Positions 21,301-28,785 of a stretch of 64,000 nt of DNA are shown here, piece after piece. The translations under genes and the position numbers were made by a program. Where the stretch lies: assembly GCA_965228855.1 (NCBI GenBank), contig CBDDIJ010000003.1, positions 864,001 through 928,000 of the forward strand, given 5' to 3'. The notes under the pieces are model-generated. The model saw only the letters and a list, made by a program, of their open reading frames with translations, ran no database searches and was not told the DNA's origin. The stretch's first letter is position 1; every line of letters begins with the position of its first letter. Origin of the DNA: Candidatus Obscuribacterales bacterium (lineage in GTDB: Bacteria; Cyanobacteriota; Vampirovibrionia; Obscuribacterales; Obscuribacteraceae).

Positions 21301-21515
21301 GCAACGGACATAGAGCATTCACCACAGAATTCTCGATTCCGTCGGCAGTTCAAACGGTCAAACCGCTCGGCGCAATGATGCATTCTAACCACGCAGCAGC
21401 CAAGAAAGTTGCTCAGAATGTCATCAAGACTTCTGCCGTTATGATGCACATCGGTGGTGCGGCTCCTTACGAGTTCCACACCAAACCGAGAACAGTTGCA
21501 ATGAACATGAACTAA
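12399..21515 (+). CDS. Giant secreted G/T/N-rich beta-solenoid-like exoprotein, paralog A (~3038 aa)
   Basis: Signal peptide ending in AQA; haemagglutinin-like GG.VT.I.A repeats; N- and C-terminal domains shared with 33418-37359 and 49244-57847; AGAGG RBS. Confidence 0.85.
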   Translation: MSKKVVRSRESYIKNWTAAIWGSVMVVASGAAAQAEDHQNFRDFRDANPGFDRHTLRQMYRAEFGRGGAGGASNVPDAGTFNIMPVPNVPSTSNVTITESRGKWANRLERNNGVIKQSVQSNDSGKLVTLNGGVNLDLTSQARNITLGQKLFSGVSSIEIQVGGETKTLTAGSQVTAAEYIAAKQVLAGTAQKVAISSNGVATGGEVDLSAITSRGDVMRASDLVVPVNVTTLGDFSKGSEFKLQGDLNNFGTVHALDGSGNGRGGTIRAVDINNNANALISSDVDLTLRADGQLTNLGNITSNGSLTLTSSNVTNRGSISSAKDVNLNSPTGAMNVDSAGGTISAANNINVDVNADSTLAGGNYLSQNLNLNAGAGTITANLDNVTGTVNGTGYAVHFASQSETLNLGDLNLIDPTFYNIGNINFTGDVIVAGNALTIIATGNITESVVGPFTVSTANGAGNGGDLTMIAGANITAAGGPGNNTVGAGAPTQVTFNEGSIGGGSILLNEVQLNTTGAGGGNGGNVLLAAFAGTTGGSGRVDLGVGVSTIQTSGDAGVGTNGNVTVIASRGINLGGAGSSINADGGLAGAGTGEVRITSAQPVTGGPVTYAADGSLVSGQVTAGTTLTNFTVNVPSITASGIVRVASGGDVNVSDITTSGPLANVVLLSGVDQFTLAPTNPSANLTINGDVTANGAGSQILAASGNNLSTVDGADLVADGNIGFVVGGNFSQLGAIFAQNGAVNGTVDGDYTLGTDLLDFVAGASGVTVAVNGDLIQSAVIEAGAGASLDGSVNLLIGGDYTATSAAASVLAGQGDPGYVGTVTISAQNFSTASGSTIRGRNVTLTSDSTNFGSFNLNGLVDANGTGAQGVLTLTQNGTVQTDMTDTNFSGGLQSRQLTISNNTGGNIQFLNNTATSFDFNNVTANAGGDITFIETTLDGDGSINFTGSSFAGGSFTALVDTDLSTDIASIVGGSSGELRSSNGNIGSTGNFFETDFGSIIVQALGGPSPTAGNAYIGGANGLNFAGGNSQITADLAAVALTGDITTDATSTVSVGGAADLAAQVGNIGTGLLNPFRIDVGTGVGQGVLANASGDVFLYDANGAAIANGSAATSTAGGTFSFVVDGDLAVRNNVSASTGDLILQANAGGDLTLDPTVQVSAAGDVNLAGTNISGGIDTLVSGNNLTVELSGLGNIYTNVNSISTDIGAGDLTINEYDGITIGSQSVGDLTVNASLVFGGDVDTTADFTMDTFTVTNDGGYININNQITANTAALLDTTGGTGGIGGLGTLSTPLAGLFSDSGDIVLTVNGVAGGDTTVTAQAGAGGNVDLTYVGSGTLTLDGSSGNGDYFVATTDGAASVEIFDNIDGTGVLDITTNTLAFVNPVTLAFDSASVQSLAGSGLTLDGGDAINGGNFVTTVGGAGVSFTATDGDFTVLNKTNFVGGDVFVTLANNNGINAVDLTAMGANLNGDAQLFPPGNDITIRAANIQGNIGTAITNFNQVTVLGNTIHNSNGDVLLPTNLVFFGQNLSIIASGNVTATGATLIDLSSNVGNGGSLIILAGFANTPPTVGAENTANPVVITGFSGTGGSVDLTGVNIITSATGVSGDAGDVTIIAAGGSTLGSGAVTAGNITATSVNGFGGMVSLAGSAGVTVGDITTTGGVAGGDVLLGVGTVAIIGTPTITNGVLSGGGFIPDALAPGNLTYGAINAGNGDVALAGALTAGDTVSGGFIQADNLEVAMGDGTVSLNVDANEVQADATAGVGGGTLTVNEAGSINVDHIDGNLDVNINAFATINIIGSINAGTGAVELGAQDITTNASKVIADSLDLNVLNNATVNTSVNTLTTTTGTGFSIVNEDNGIDLGSQASGASLVVNASQVASGDVTTSADFVLDSLTVSNAGGDIVISNDITGTNGVALDTTGGPGAITGLGSVSSPIIGLNSGAGGIDLSVNGLLDGDTSLNAAATGGNVNVDYVGTGVLTLSNNSTGNVDYNVSALGGSIVIRGDIDGTGDATLTSDDISFSDISAYSLTFNEITLNSVTDLTVSGGVNGGTFNSTVATNFNATNGDLTTNDQLNFNGGDVFATLLVNNGSNAFVNNGILNGDGAFDGDPTANSLTITAALITPGTIQNFNNVFFLQGNTIINTTGDVVLPTNLVFQGQDLAIIASGNITATGAVLIDLSSTTGDGGDLLVLAGYDATGVTGGQQQTQDPVTVTGVSTTGGSVDFTGVNIITSSSFAGGSAGSVTIIAGSTTGATNAGDVTVGNITAEGDLNGGLVVVGAFGNASVGNISTIGTNGQGGSVVLGSGTATLVGPVVVTNGSLTTGSFVPGVLSGGDVAYGTINAGTGDVDLAGALDAGNSIAGGAITADRIGFVIGSGTASATGNFNRVTVDATTSAGGSVTVTENDDIILDDVSGTQVNVTVNASGDVSVDGDVSFGTGTLNVSAANIVQGIGGSVTGSNLSLTAVNDATLTTNVTTLLNSSADNLTLFNTGNLTVNDLTIGTDLNLTNTGTLTFNGTTTAVDVNVTNTGALTIGDITATGAINVDNTGDATVAGALSGATGLSIDASGTLAVNAAVSSTLDVNLLADGNVTVGADATSLDGDLNIVSQAGSITTADDVTLQGNDSILIQTVGGGTITIGATNNIFTDAAVKSPGIGNVTILQGATLPAKTKNLKGRNIIAITQDDGTVLTGRGKGTKKVVFNSPDNTLSGIGAQLLIVASAKNGVIIGGGATITADPPVAAGSAITVSTWGKADAAQQAAPTTSTELPASLASITAPATVSSVNMVTATNATTTTGKDALKGTLSNLASANNLSIFAAQEDDSTITGYAPVGQVVDGKVCSDIEFGFATGAAGNGVSTIKHSDIVTLDNGTALFVPSKDMMVVTPKGKVKLGANSVAVVSIDGNQLSVYDINDNHKGSVVVAAGGRELSLSPGRHLIVTNDRAASFAEANPIESIMHRAVSRHELGNGHRAFTTEFSIPSAVQTVKPLGAMMHSNHAAAKKVAQNVIKTSAVMMHIGGAAPYEFHTKPRTVAMNMN
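15900..19750 (+). repeat. Internal diverged tandem duplication (~1.9 kb, ~633 aa) inside paralog A; boundaries approximate
   Basis: GNTIHNSNGDVLLPTNLVFFGQNLSIIASGN at 16914 vs GNTIINTTGDVVLPTNLVFQGQDLAIIASGN at 18813 (offset 1899 nt); flanking blocks also align. Confidence 0.8.
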
Positions 21516-21537
21516 GTTCACTGACAGCAAGCTAGTG

Positions 21538-21570
21538 GAAAGGGGCGCCGCAAGGTGCCCCTTTCTGTTT
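21538..21570 (+). terminator. Intrinsic terminator of paralog A
   Basis: GAAAGGGGCGCC-GCAA-GGTGCCCCTTTC followed by TGTTT. Confidence 0.85.
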
Positions 21571-21587
21571 GGAGTTACTTCTAATTA

Positions 21588-22865
21588 GTGGTACTCTGTC
21601 AAATTCGATTTCGGAGCGAATTTGATTTGGCTGATGACAATATAAAGCTTATCGACGGCGTGCCATTCTCATGGAAAACATATCTGCCGATTATTCTTGT
21701 TGCCGGGCTGGGATTTCTAGTCGACGTCTATGATGTATTGCTGTTTGCGATCTTGCGCGTTCCCAGTCTGAAAGACCTGGGAGTGAGCCCAGCCGATACG
21801 CTTGAAGTCGGCGTCGGTTTGTTGAACGCGCAAATGGTTGGTTTGATTCTGGGTGGTATCGTATGGGGGGCCATTGGGGACAGGAAAGGAAGAAAGGCTG
21901 CTCTTGTAGGCTCGATCCTTTGTTATTCGATTGCTTCGATTTTGAACAGTTTTATCACTGATGTTTCCATGTACGGTGTATTGCGCTTCGTGACTGGTTT
22001 TGGTCTGGCTGGTGAAGTTGGGGCTGCTATGACCATTGCAGCGGAAGTCACACCCGCTCGCTATCGCACGTATGGAACGGCCGCCGTTTCACTCATGGGA
22101 GTTCTGGGCTCTGTGCTGGCTAGTATCGTGGGTAGTGCCATCCAGTGGAGAACAGCTTACTTTATAGCCGGTGTGGCAGGTCTGGCTCTGCTTTGCATAC
22201 GAATTAAGATGAATGAAACAGCCCTATTCGAGAAGGCTAAGTCAGAAGGTGGCTTGAATCGCGACGGCTTGATGAAACTGGCTCGCCCGAAGAAGTTGCT
22301 GAAAGTATTGAGATGCGTGCTAGTCGCACTGCCTCTGTTTTTTGTGTTTGGTGTGCTGGTGACGTTTGCGCCTGAAATCATGCCAAATGGTGCGGAGGCA
22401 TCGTATCTGGTGGCGAAAATCGCAGCGTTCTATTCAATAGGAGAGGCGCTTGGAGAGGCGGTTTGTGGTGTGACTAGCCAACTTCTGCGCAGCCGCAAGA
22501 AGGCTATATTACTGTTTCAAGTTTGCGCATTGGTTTTAACTATCTTTACCGTGAGAAGCACTCCGGATGTTTACGCTTTTCTTTGTTTGCCGCTCGGTTT
22601 CTTTGTTGGATACTGGGCTATAGCCATTACAACCACTGCAGAACAATTTGGCACCAATGTCAGGTCGACTGTGACGACAGTGGTGCCGAATCTCATGCGT
22701 GCCTGTCATATTCCAATAAACTTGACGTTCGCAGCACTCGTGAAAACTTATGGAACCAATACTGCCGTTATTTCGCTCGGAATTTGCAGTTATGTTCTCG
22801 CGTTTATCTCATTGTTTTTGATGGAAGAAACATTCGCACGAGATCTGGACTTCCTGGAGTCGTAA
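21588..22865 (+). CDS. MFS transporter
   Basis: GFLVDVYD, G.IGDRKGRK (motif A), RFVTGFGLAGE, EQFGTNVR; about 12 TM segments. Start uncertain. Confidence 0.9.
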   Translation: MVLCQIRFRSEFDLADDNIKLIDGVPFSWKTYLPIILVAGLGFLVDVYDVLLFAILRVPSLKDLGVSPADTLEVGVGLLNAQMVGLILGGIVWGAIGDRKGRKAALVGSILCYSIASILNSFITDVSMYGVLRFVTGFGLAGEVGAAMTIAAEVTPARYRTYGTAAVSLMGVLGSVLASIVGSAIQWRTAYFIAGVAGLALLCIRIKMNETALFEKAKSEGGLNRDGLMKLARPKKLLKVLRCVLVALPLFFVFGVLVTFAPEIMPNGAEASYLVAKIAAFYSIGEALGEAVCGVTSQLLRSRKKAILLFQVCALVLTIFTVRSTPDVYAFLCLPLGFFVGYWAIAITTTAEQFGTNVRSTVTTVVPNLMRACHIPINLTFAALVKTYGTNTAVISLGICSYVLAFISLFLMEETFARDLDFLES

Positions 22866-22868
22866 TGA

Positions 22869-24212
22869 TCAAGGTCGCTGAACCCACAAAAAGCTCGTGA
22901 AGTTGGAATCCAAGTCCTGAAGGTTGTCTTCGATGATCTTCAAATCGTTTATTTCCGCCAGGGTGCGGCTACCCATCACTGCAATGTTCTTTGGTAGTTC
23001 GCCGCTAGCAAGTAGTTCCGCTACTTTTGCGTGATCTACCAGATCTCCTTCTCCACTAGTTTGCTTCAATTTGCTGTACTTTTGAAGTAGATTTGTGTGA
23101 CATTGCCTGAGCACTTGAGGATGCGTCATTATGGTGTCGACCTCACTGAAATCGGCTTCCTTTGAGATCATCAGAGCATGCGATATTTTAATGCCGAATT
23201 CTTCGATAATGTCGAATCGATATTTAGCTGAAGCCTGGACTGTTTCGGTAACGATACCACCGAGTGAATTGTGGATTGCAAACTGACCGCGATCCACAAC
23301 GCCTTCGTGTAAGGCGCGGAGGACGTTTTCAGTTGTGTGCAAATAATGAAGTTCGAATTTGCATTCCGGTGTCCTGCTCAGATAGTAGCGTGCTGCTTCT
23401 TCGTTAAAACTGCCACGACCACCCTGAATTCCGATTACCAGCTTGTCTTTATAGATTCTATTCGGCAAAAGTTGATCGAATATTTTGGTTTGCGCTTCCG
23501 AAATTTTCAGTCGCATCCCACGCGTGTGTGGGTTGTACGTTTGCAAGTCGACGAAGAGTTGCCAGGTATCATGACAAACTTGGGTTTTAATTTCTTGCAG
23601 TTTCTGGGCGCCTAGAGTATCAATCGAGGTTGGCTCCAAACCAAATTCGCCGAGAATCCGACCAACGAAATGCGTGACGCCCTGGCTCTGCGCGGCGAGT
23701 CGATCATGTTCGTCTGCATCCATTTCGATTACTCGCATTTGTTTTTGCGCGAAATAATTTTTCCAGAACTGGTAAATTTGCTCGCTGACCTTGAGTTTGT
23801 CTATAACAATTGGCTGGTTCGTTAAACCGTTTGAATTGACGCTGTCCGGTCCAAACATCGGGTGAGTAAGAATAGCGTGAATGCCCTCGGGCAAGTACTT
23901 TTCGAAAACAGCCTTCGGATGAAGCTTAACCGAAAGCACGTCAATGAGCGTACGGGAACCTCCTAGACGGGCGAGGATCTGGCTGTGCTCACTGATAACT
24001 TGTTCGAATGAAGAAATTGGAACGCAGTAGAAAATAGTGTCGCAGCTCAGCGCCTCCTCAAGTGATACAAGGCTGGCTCCATGCGGCGTCGCTGTCTGCG
24101 CTGCATCTGTTGAGAGGTCGAATACCTTCACCGTAAAGTCGTCTTTGAGAATCGAGGACCATAGCTGACCAAAGCGACCAAATCCGATTATTGCGACGTT
24201 GAGCTTATCCAA
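22869..24212 (-). CDS. Fused prephenate/arogenate dehydrogenase (TyrA) and prephenate dehydratase-like domain
   Basis: GFGRFG Rossmann motif, DVLSVK, HPMFGP, HD...A.SQ..TH; then QGGRGSFNEEAA, HPQVLRQC and NFTSF. No ACT domain. Confidence 0.85.
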   Translation of the reverse strand: MDKLNVAIIGFGRFGQLWSSILKDDFTVKVFDLSTDAAQTATPHGASLVSLEEALSCDTIFYCVPISSFEQVISEHSQILARLGGSRTLIDVLSVKLHPKAVFEKYLPEGIHAILTHPMFGPDSVNSNGLTNQPIVIDKLKVSEQIYQFWKNYFAQKQMRVIEMDADEHDRLAAQSQGVTHFVGRILGEFGLEPTSIDTLGAQKLQEIKTQVCHDTWQLFVDLQTYNPHTRGMRLKISEAQTKIFDQLLPNRIYKDKLVIGIQGGRGSFNEEAARYYLSRTPECKFELHYLHTTENVLRALHEGVVDRGQFAIHNSLGGIVTETVQASAKYRFDIIEEFGIKISHALMISKEADFSEVDTIMTHPQVLRQCHTNLLQKYSKLKQTSGEGDLVDHAKVAELLASGELPKNIAVMGSRTLAEINDLKIIEDNLQDLDSNFTSFLWVQRP

Positions 24213-24306
24213 GTTGTATTTTTCCAGAATTCGTCAGTAGATTCCGCCTATTTTATCAGGGGGCGGCGTAGATGTTTTGTTGGGCAACTGGCGGTTTTAA
24301 ACGGGA

Positions 24307-24708
24307 ATGAGTACGCGGATGGTAAAAGCGGTTCTGGCAGCGGTGATTTCAGTTATCGGCGCCGGAGCAATTTGCGACTCTGGGCGATGCGAAGGGTCTC
24401 GCCAATCCGTGTCCCATGAAGATTCCTTGTCAAATAGTCGGTATGTGGATACCGTCCGAGAAACGGTTCTAGAGAATTGGGCGAAGAATCAAGCCTCTTT
24501 GGCGGCTAAGCGTACGACGACAGTTTCTTTCTCCATCTCGAAAAACGGAACGGTTTCGCAACTCTCGATCAAGACTTCGTCGGGAAATTCGCACCAGGAT
24601 TATGCAGCGATCGAAACAATCATTGCTTCTTCGTTTTCCCCACTTCCAAACGATGGTCCGGATGCTGTAAGTGTTGAGATGCAAGTTGGTGCGCTGCACA
24701 AAAAGTGA
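24307..24708 (+). CDS. Exported TonB C-terminal domain protein
   Basis: Signal peptide; V.FSISKNG.V......SSG....D.AA pattern; FSPLP. Confidence 0.75.
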   Translation: MSTRMVKAVLAAVISVIGAGAICDSGRCEGSRQSVSHEDSLSNSRYVDTVRETVLENWAKNQASLAAKRTTTVSFSISKNGTVSQLSIKTSSGNSHQDYAAIETIIASSFSPLPNDGPDAVSVEMQVGALHKK

Positions 24709-24724
24709 CCATCGAACGATCAAT

Positions 24725-25138
24725 TCAGTAGTCTGCGAAACCTTCCGGACCTTGTGTAAACCTGCGCAGCAAAAAGATTTCCAATTCGGATTTGTCGTGA
24801 ATCACCGCAGGCGGTGTCGCACTCTGAAACACCGGGAGGCTCACGCCATAGATATCCTTTGATGCCTCTTCAAATTGTTCGAGAGTAACAATCTCATCAA
24901 TCTGGTGAATTCCCATCGCCGACATTTCGGTGAGATCTCCTGGACCGTCGTGGGTTGAATCGCTGAAACCTTCGTTATCTAGCCAGCCTTGGACCTTCTC
25001 GTAAGCGGTCTCCTCATCATCGGCTGCGAATAACTGACTGTGAATCGCGTAGCTCTTTTCGCTTTTCTTCAGTTTGTTTGTTTCGTCAAACCACTTATCT
25101 TCGAGCATCACGACAATTTGTGCCACGAATAATCTCAC
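24725..25138 (-). CDS. Hypothetical protein (DUF4288-like)
   Basis: LFAADDEETAYEK pattern; GGGAG RBS before the GTG start. Confidence 0.55.
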   Translation of the reverse strand: MRLFVAQIVVMLEDKWFDETNKLKKSEKSYAIHSQLFAADDEETAYEKVQGWLDNEGFSDSTHDGPGDLTEMSAMGIHQIDEIVTLEQFEEASKDIYGVSLPVFQSATPPAVIHDKSELEIFLLRRFTQGPEGFADY

Positions 25139-25416
25139 TGTGACTAGTTCTCCCTGATTGCATCCATCTTTTCGCGGGCGTTGTTGCGACCGATGTACTT
25201 GATGTGAATCAAATCCTTTCCGCTACTGCCAGTTCCGACGTTTCCAAAAATTCAACATCGGACCTCCAGATAAAAGGCCGCGCCGATTTCGGTTTCGGCG
25301 CCAGCTCGCACCGCAATCAATCTACCGTAGAATGATGCTGCGCTGCGAACGAAATGATACCACAAATGCCTCTTCGTTCCCTTCGTGTCCTTGGCTCAGG
25401 CAAGGCGTCTTGGTGA

Positions 25417-25983
25417 CTAGACTCTCAGGAGACCGCGGAAACCTCGAACGGCGTAATAAGACTGTGCACCGTTGTGGTAAACAAATACTTTGCCATAGCG
25501 ATAGTCGCAGAATAGCGCGCCGCCTAGCTTGCGAACGTCGGCAGGAGTTTTCACCCAACTGGAAGTCTTTTTGTCGAACTCACCGAGACTTTGCAGGTCT
25601 CGATATTCGTCTTCTGTCAGGAGCTCAATTCCCATTGAGACGGCGGTTTCAACGGCGCTTCCTTCGGGCTTATGCTCCTTCCTTGAATCGAGACCTTGTT
25701 TGTCGTAGCAAAGACCGCGCCGGCCAATCGGACTTTCTGGGGAGCAATCGACGAAGATTATCTCGCCACGCTCTTTGTCTTCACCGACTACATCAGGCTC
25801 CCCACCGGTTTTCTGCATTTGATTGAGCGACCAGAGTTTTTCCGGATGTGCTGAGAGTCTGGCCTCGACATTTTTCCATTCGACTTCCTTGTGACGCTTC
25901 TGATTCTTCTCGAACCGAGCCTTTAGAACTTCCAGCAGTTCTTCTTGCTGTTTCGATGTTAGCGCTTTCTGTTTACTGGACAT
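25417..25983 (-). CDS. DUF4256 family protein
   Basis: TGGEPDV, DCSPESP.GRR.LCYD, KTSSW, YHNGAQSYY..RGFRG. Confidence 0.85.
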   Translation of the reverse strand: MSSKQKALTSKQQEELLEVLKARFEKNQKRHKEVEWKNVEARLSAHPEKLWSLNQMQKTGGEPDVVGEDKERGEIIFVDCSPESPIGRRGLCYDKQGLDSRKEHKPEGSAVETAVSMGIELLTEDEYRDLQSLGEFDKKTSSWVKTPADVRKLGGALFCDYRYGKVFVYHNGAQSYYAVRGFRGLLRV

Positions 25984-26062
25984 GGTTTTCTCAAATTGGA
26001 TGCTGGTGACGTTTCTGAGTTATTATAGCGAGGTTTTCTAAACAGTCTCTGCGGGAGAACTA

Positions 26063-26869
26063 ATGGGCATCAAAGTTTGTGTTGCAGGTGTGACGGGCTG
26101 GACGGGTCAGTGTGTCGCTCGTGCGATCATTGAATCGAGCGAATTCGAACTCGTATCCGCGATCGCAAGAAAAACTGCTGGTCAGGATATTGGCGAGGCA
26201 TTGGGTCATGCTCGACTTGGTCGCTTGATTTCGGGGAGTGTCGAAGAAGCGCTTGCGGAGCCGGTGGACGTTTTTGTCGAATACACTAGCGCGACAGCGG
26301 CGAAGGGGAATGTTCTAGCGGCAATCGCAAAAAAGGTAAACGTAGTCATTGGAAGTTCTGGATTGACCGCGACGGATTATGAAGAGATTGAAAAGGCTGC
26401 AATTGCGAATAGCGTCGGCGTAATTAGTGCGGGAAACTTCTCTGTAACAGCGGCTCTTGCTAAGCGGTTTGCGCTGATGGCAGCGGAGCATCTTCCGCAG
26501 TGGGAAATAATTGATTACGCATCGTCCACAAAACCGGATGTGCCGAGTGGTACCACGCAAGAGTTAGCTGAAGAACTTGGGACGGTGCGTGAGAACAAAC
26601 AGGGCGTAGCAATCGGCGATTTGCATGGACCGAAAGAGGCGCGAGGAGCACAGATTGCAAATACTCCCGTGCATTCGTTGCGCCTGCAGAGCTATGTAAT
26701 CGCTTTCGAAACTATATTCGGTTTACCAAATGAAAGGCTGACTATTCGCCATGATGCAGGAAGTGGAGCAGAGCCTTATGTTCAAGGTACGCTGCTTGCC
26801 GTGAAGAAAGTGATGACAGTAAAGGGTTTAATTCGCGGTTTAGATAATCTACTGTTCGCGAAGTCTTAA
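26063..26869 (+). CDS. dapB: 4-hydroxy-tetrahydrodipicolinate reductase
   Basis: N-terminal Rossmann fold, GNFS, KPDVPSGT, HSLRL and LTIRHDA; divergent variant lacking the canonical HH. Confidence 0.85.
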   Translation: MGIKVCVAGVTGWTGQCVARAIIESSEFELVSAIARKTAGQDIGEALGHARLGRLISGSVEEALAEPVDVFVEYTSATAAKGNVLAAIAKKVNVVIGSSGLTATDYEEIEKAAIANSVGVISAGNFSVTAALAKRFALMAAEHLPQWEIIDYASSTKPDVPSGTTQELAEELGTVRENKQGVAIGDLHGPKEARGAQIANTPVHSLRLQSYVIAFETIFGLPNERLTIRHDAGSGAEPYVQGTLLAVKKVMTVKGLIRGLDNLLFAKS

Positions 26870-26879
26870 CGACCTCGCT

Positions 26880-27899
26880 CTAGTCCTGGTGGAGCGATTG
26901 CGATTCATCGCTCTTGAGGTTCGAAGATACTTCTGCAATAGGGTTGACAGTGGTGCGTGGTCGAACCGACGTTGCAAGCCAGTTGTTCATCACTTCGAAA
27001 ACCTCGTCGCTCGGCTTCTGGTGCTCGACAAGCAGATGTCCGCGGTTCTTTAGCACAACGAGTTCTGCTTTCTTCGTCGCCATCCTCGATACCATTTTGT
27101 GCAACTGGTTTGTCTTTTGGATTTTATCCTTTTTTCCTGCGACTATGAGAATCGGCATGGACTCGGGAAGTTGGTGAAGGTACTGCACGGTTCTGCGATT
27201 GGTGACCGCTGCTTTGATCAGATCTTCGACGCTCATTTCCTTGCAAGTATCTTCGTGTGCAAGACATTTTTTTACTAGCTGTTTATCTTCTGAGAGCGTC
27301 GGCTCCAGGTAGGGCACGATGTTCATGGGCGTCTTCGGGTGAGCCAGACCCTGGAAGAATGTTTTGACCCACAGCGGTCGAGGATGAACTGCGACTTTGT
27401 AAGAGATGCTGAACAACATTGCTCCGTCCAGAAGGTCTGGACAGGTCGAAGCTTCCCACAGGCAATAGTTTGCGCCCATGCTTTCGCCTAAACCGAAAAT
27501 CGGAACATCCGGATATTTTTCTCTGAGAGTCGAAAGCAGTTTTGATAGATCATCTTTGCTTTGAGTGAAGTGAAAGCGCTTATCGGCACCGAAGTTAGCG
27601 TTCGGCTTGAGCCATTCACCGAGCCCGCGAAGATCGATGGTGTAAACGTGGAAATTTTTCTCTGCGAAATGCTTTCCTAATTCCTCGTAGGCTTTGCCGC
27701 TGAAAACCAATCCTGGTACCGCAACTATTATGCCTTGCGGTTTTGAATCGGTATCTTTCACCCATCGGTGAACGGGCAAATTTAGCTCTTCTCCAATCGG
27801 GGCTCGCTCTTCGAACAGGCAATCCGCATGTGCTGGAGCGCCAAGACCGGCGACCAGAGCCACGATAGAGAATGCAGTTTTTAGTAAGCGTGAACTCAT
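26880..27899 (-). CDS. Secreted alpha/beta hydrolase (lysophospholipase-like)
   Basis: Signal peptide ending in AHA; DLRGLG, GESMG nucleophile elbow, GKKD and GH motifs. Confidence 0.85.
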   Translation of the reverse strand: MSSRLLKTAFSIVALVAGLGAPAHADCLFEERAPIGEELNLPVHRWVKDTDSKPQGIIVAVPGLVFSGKAYEELGKHFAEKNFHVYTIDLRGLGEWLKPNANFGADKRFHFTQSKDDLSKLLSTLREKYPDVPIFGLGESMGANYCLWEASTCPDLLDGAMLFSISYKVAVHPRPLWVKTFFQGLAHPKTPMNIVPYLEPTLSEDKQLVKKCLAHEDTCKEMSVEDLIKAAVTNRRTVQYLHQLPESMPILIVAGKKDKIQKTNQLHKMVSRMATKKAELVVLKNRGHLLVEHQKPSDEVFEVMNNWLATSVRPRTTVNPIAEVSSNLKSDESQSLHQD

Positions 27900-28344
27900 T
27901 TAGGTTTCCTCGGACCAACAAAACCGGCAGCAAAAATTTGCTGCGCAATCGCTACATGAGTCTGGTGTAGCACCTGTTTTCGGTTCATTTGCCGCAATCC
28001 GAACTCGAGGTTTGGATTAGCGGGTAGTAAATAGCTTTTGGACCGCGGACATGATACCAAGATGTGGCGTTGTTTGCAGTAGTATCTTTACGGAAACTAT
28101 GATCACAACTCGATCACGAGCTGCATGAATGCTGACCATCGCCTGCTTTCGGGACACGAAATTTCAGCGCTTGGTTACTTGTGAATTTGAAACTATCTTA
28201 ACGAATCAATCGATATCGGAAATGCTCATGAATGGCTTGGCTTTCCGACTGTGCACGATTATTTAAAACGCCGGTGAGAAGACCCCGGAGATTTGCTAAG
28301 TACACCGAGCGTTCACTGCATCAAACCTTTTGCGGACGTGGCGA

Positions 28345-28734
28345 CTACTCTTGTAAAAGCCCGAGTTCTCGACGTTTCTTTTTCGACACTCCGGAGAGTA
28401 CGATGTCGTAGGATTCTTTCAAATATTTTTTCAGTTGTGCATCGTTGAGTCCGGGTTTATCGTAATGCTGAATCCACTTCAAGCCTCGTGATGCCAGATA
28501 CGGTGCCGGGCGAAGACCTGGCTGTTCTTGAAGGACTTCAAATGCCCAGGGGCTGACCTTGAACGTGTAGGACTCATGGTCGTTCTCCCAACCGCCGATT
28601 GCGAAAACCTTCTCTGCGACTTTCCATACGTGGCATCCGCCCCATTGCATCACGTAGGTGGTGCCGGGTAACGCTTTGCAGAATTTATTGAATTCCTTGT
28701 ATTTCATCTGACCTGTCCTGACTGTGCGACTCAT
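28345..28734 (-). CDS. MmcQ/YjbR family protein
   Basis: WKVAEKVFA, RPAPYLA, KWI and SY..V....KKKR motifs; start could be the second Met. Confidence 0.85.
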   Translation of the reverse strand: MSRTVRTGQMKYKEFNKFCKALPGTTYVMQWGGCHVWKVAEKVFAIGGWENDHESYTFKVSPWAFEVLQEQPGLRPAPYLASRGLKWIQHYDKPGLNDAQLKKYLKESYDIVLSGVSKKKRRELGLLQE

Positions 28735-28785
28735 AGTCTATCAAACGAATTCGGGGGATTTCTCTCCAGGATAGGCTTGCTTGCC

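Noticed and set aside
12399..21515. Classical autotransporter, RTX or CdiA toxin assignment for the giant proteins
   Set aside because: No C-terminal barrel or terminal aromatic residue, no GGxGxD nonapeptide arrays, no VENN motif and no adjacent immunity-like gene; the C-termini are conserved rather than polymorphic.
13160..21530. Many 60-260 aa antisense and alternative-frame ORFs within the giant genes (likewise within other long CDSs)
   Set aside because: Shadows of biased codon usage, with no recognisable motifs.
24213..24306. Phe/Tyr leader peptide upstream of the TyrA fusion
   Set aside because: No ATG-initiated aromatic-rich ORF or terminator found on the minus strand.
25332..25826. 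164-aa plus-strand ORF
   Set aside because: Antisense to the well-supported DUF4256 gene.
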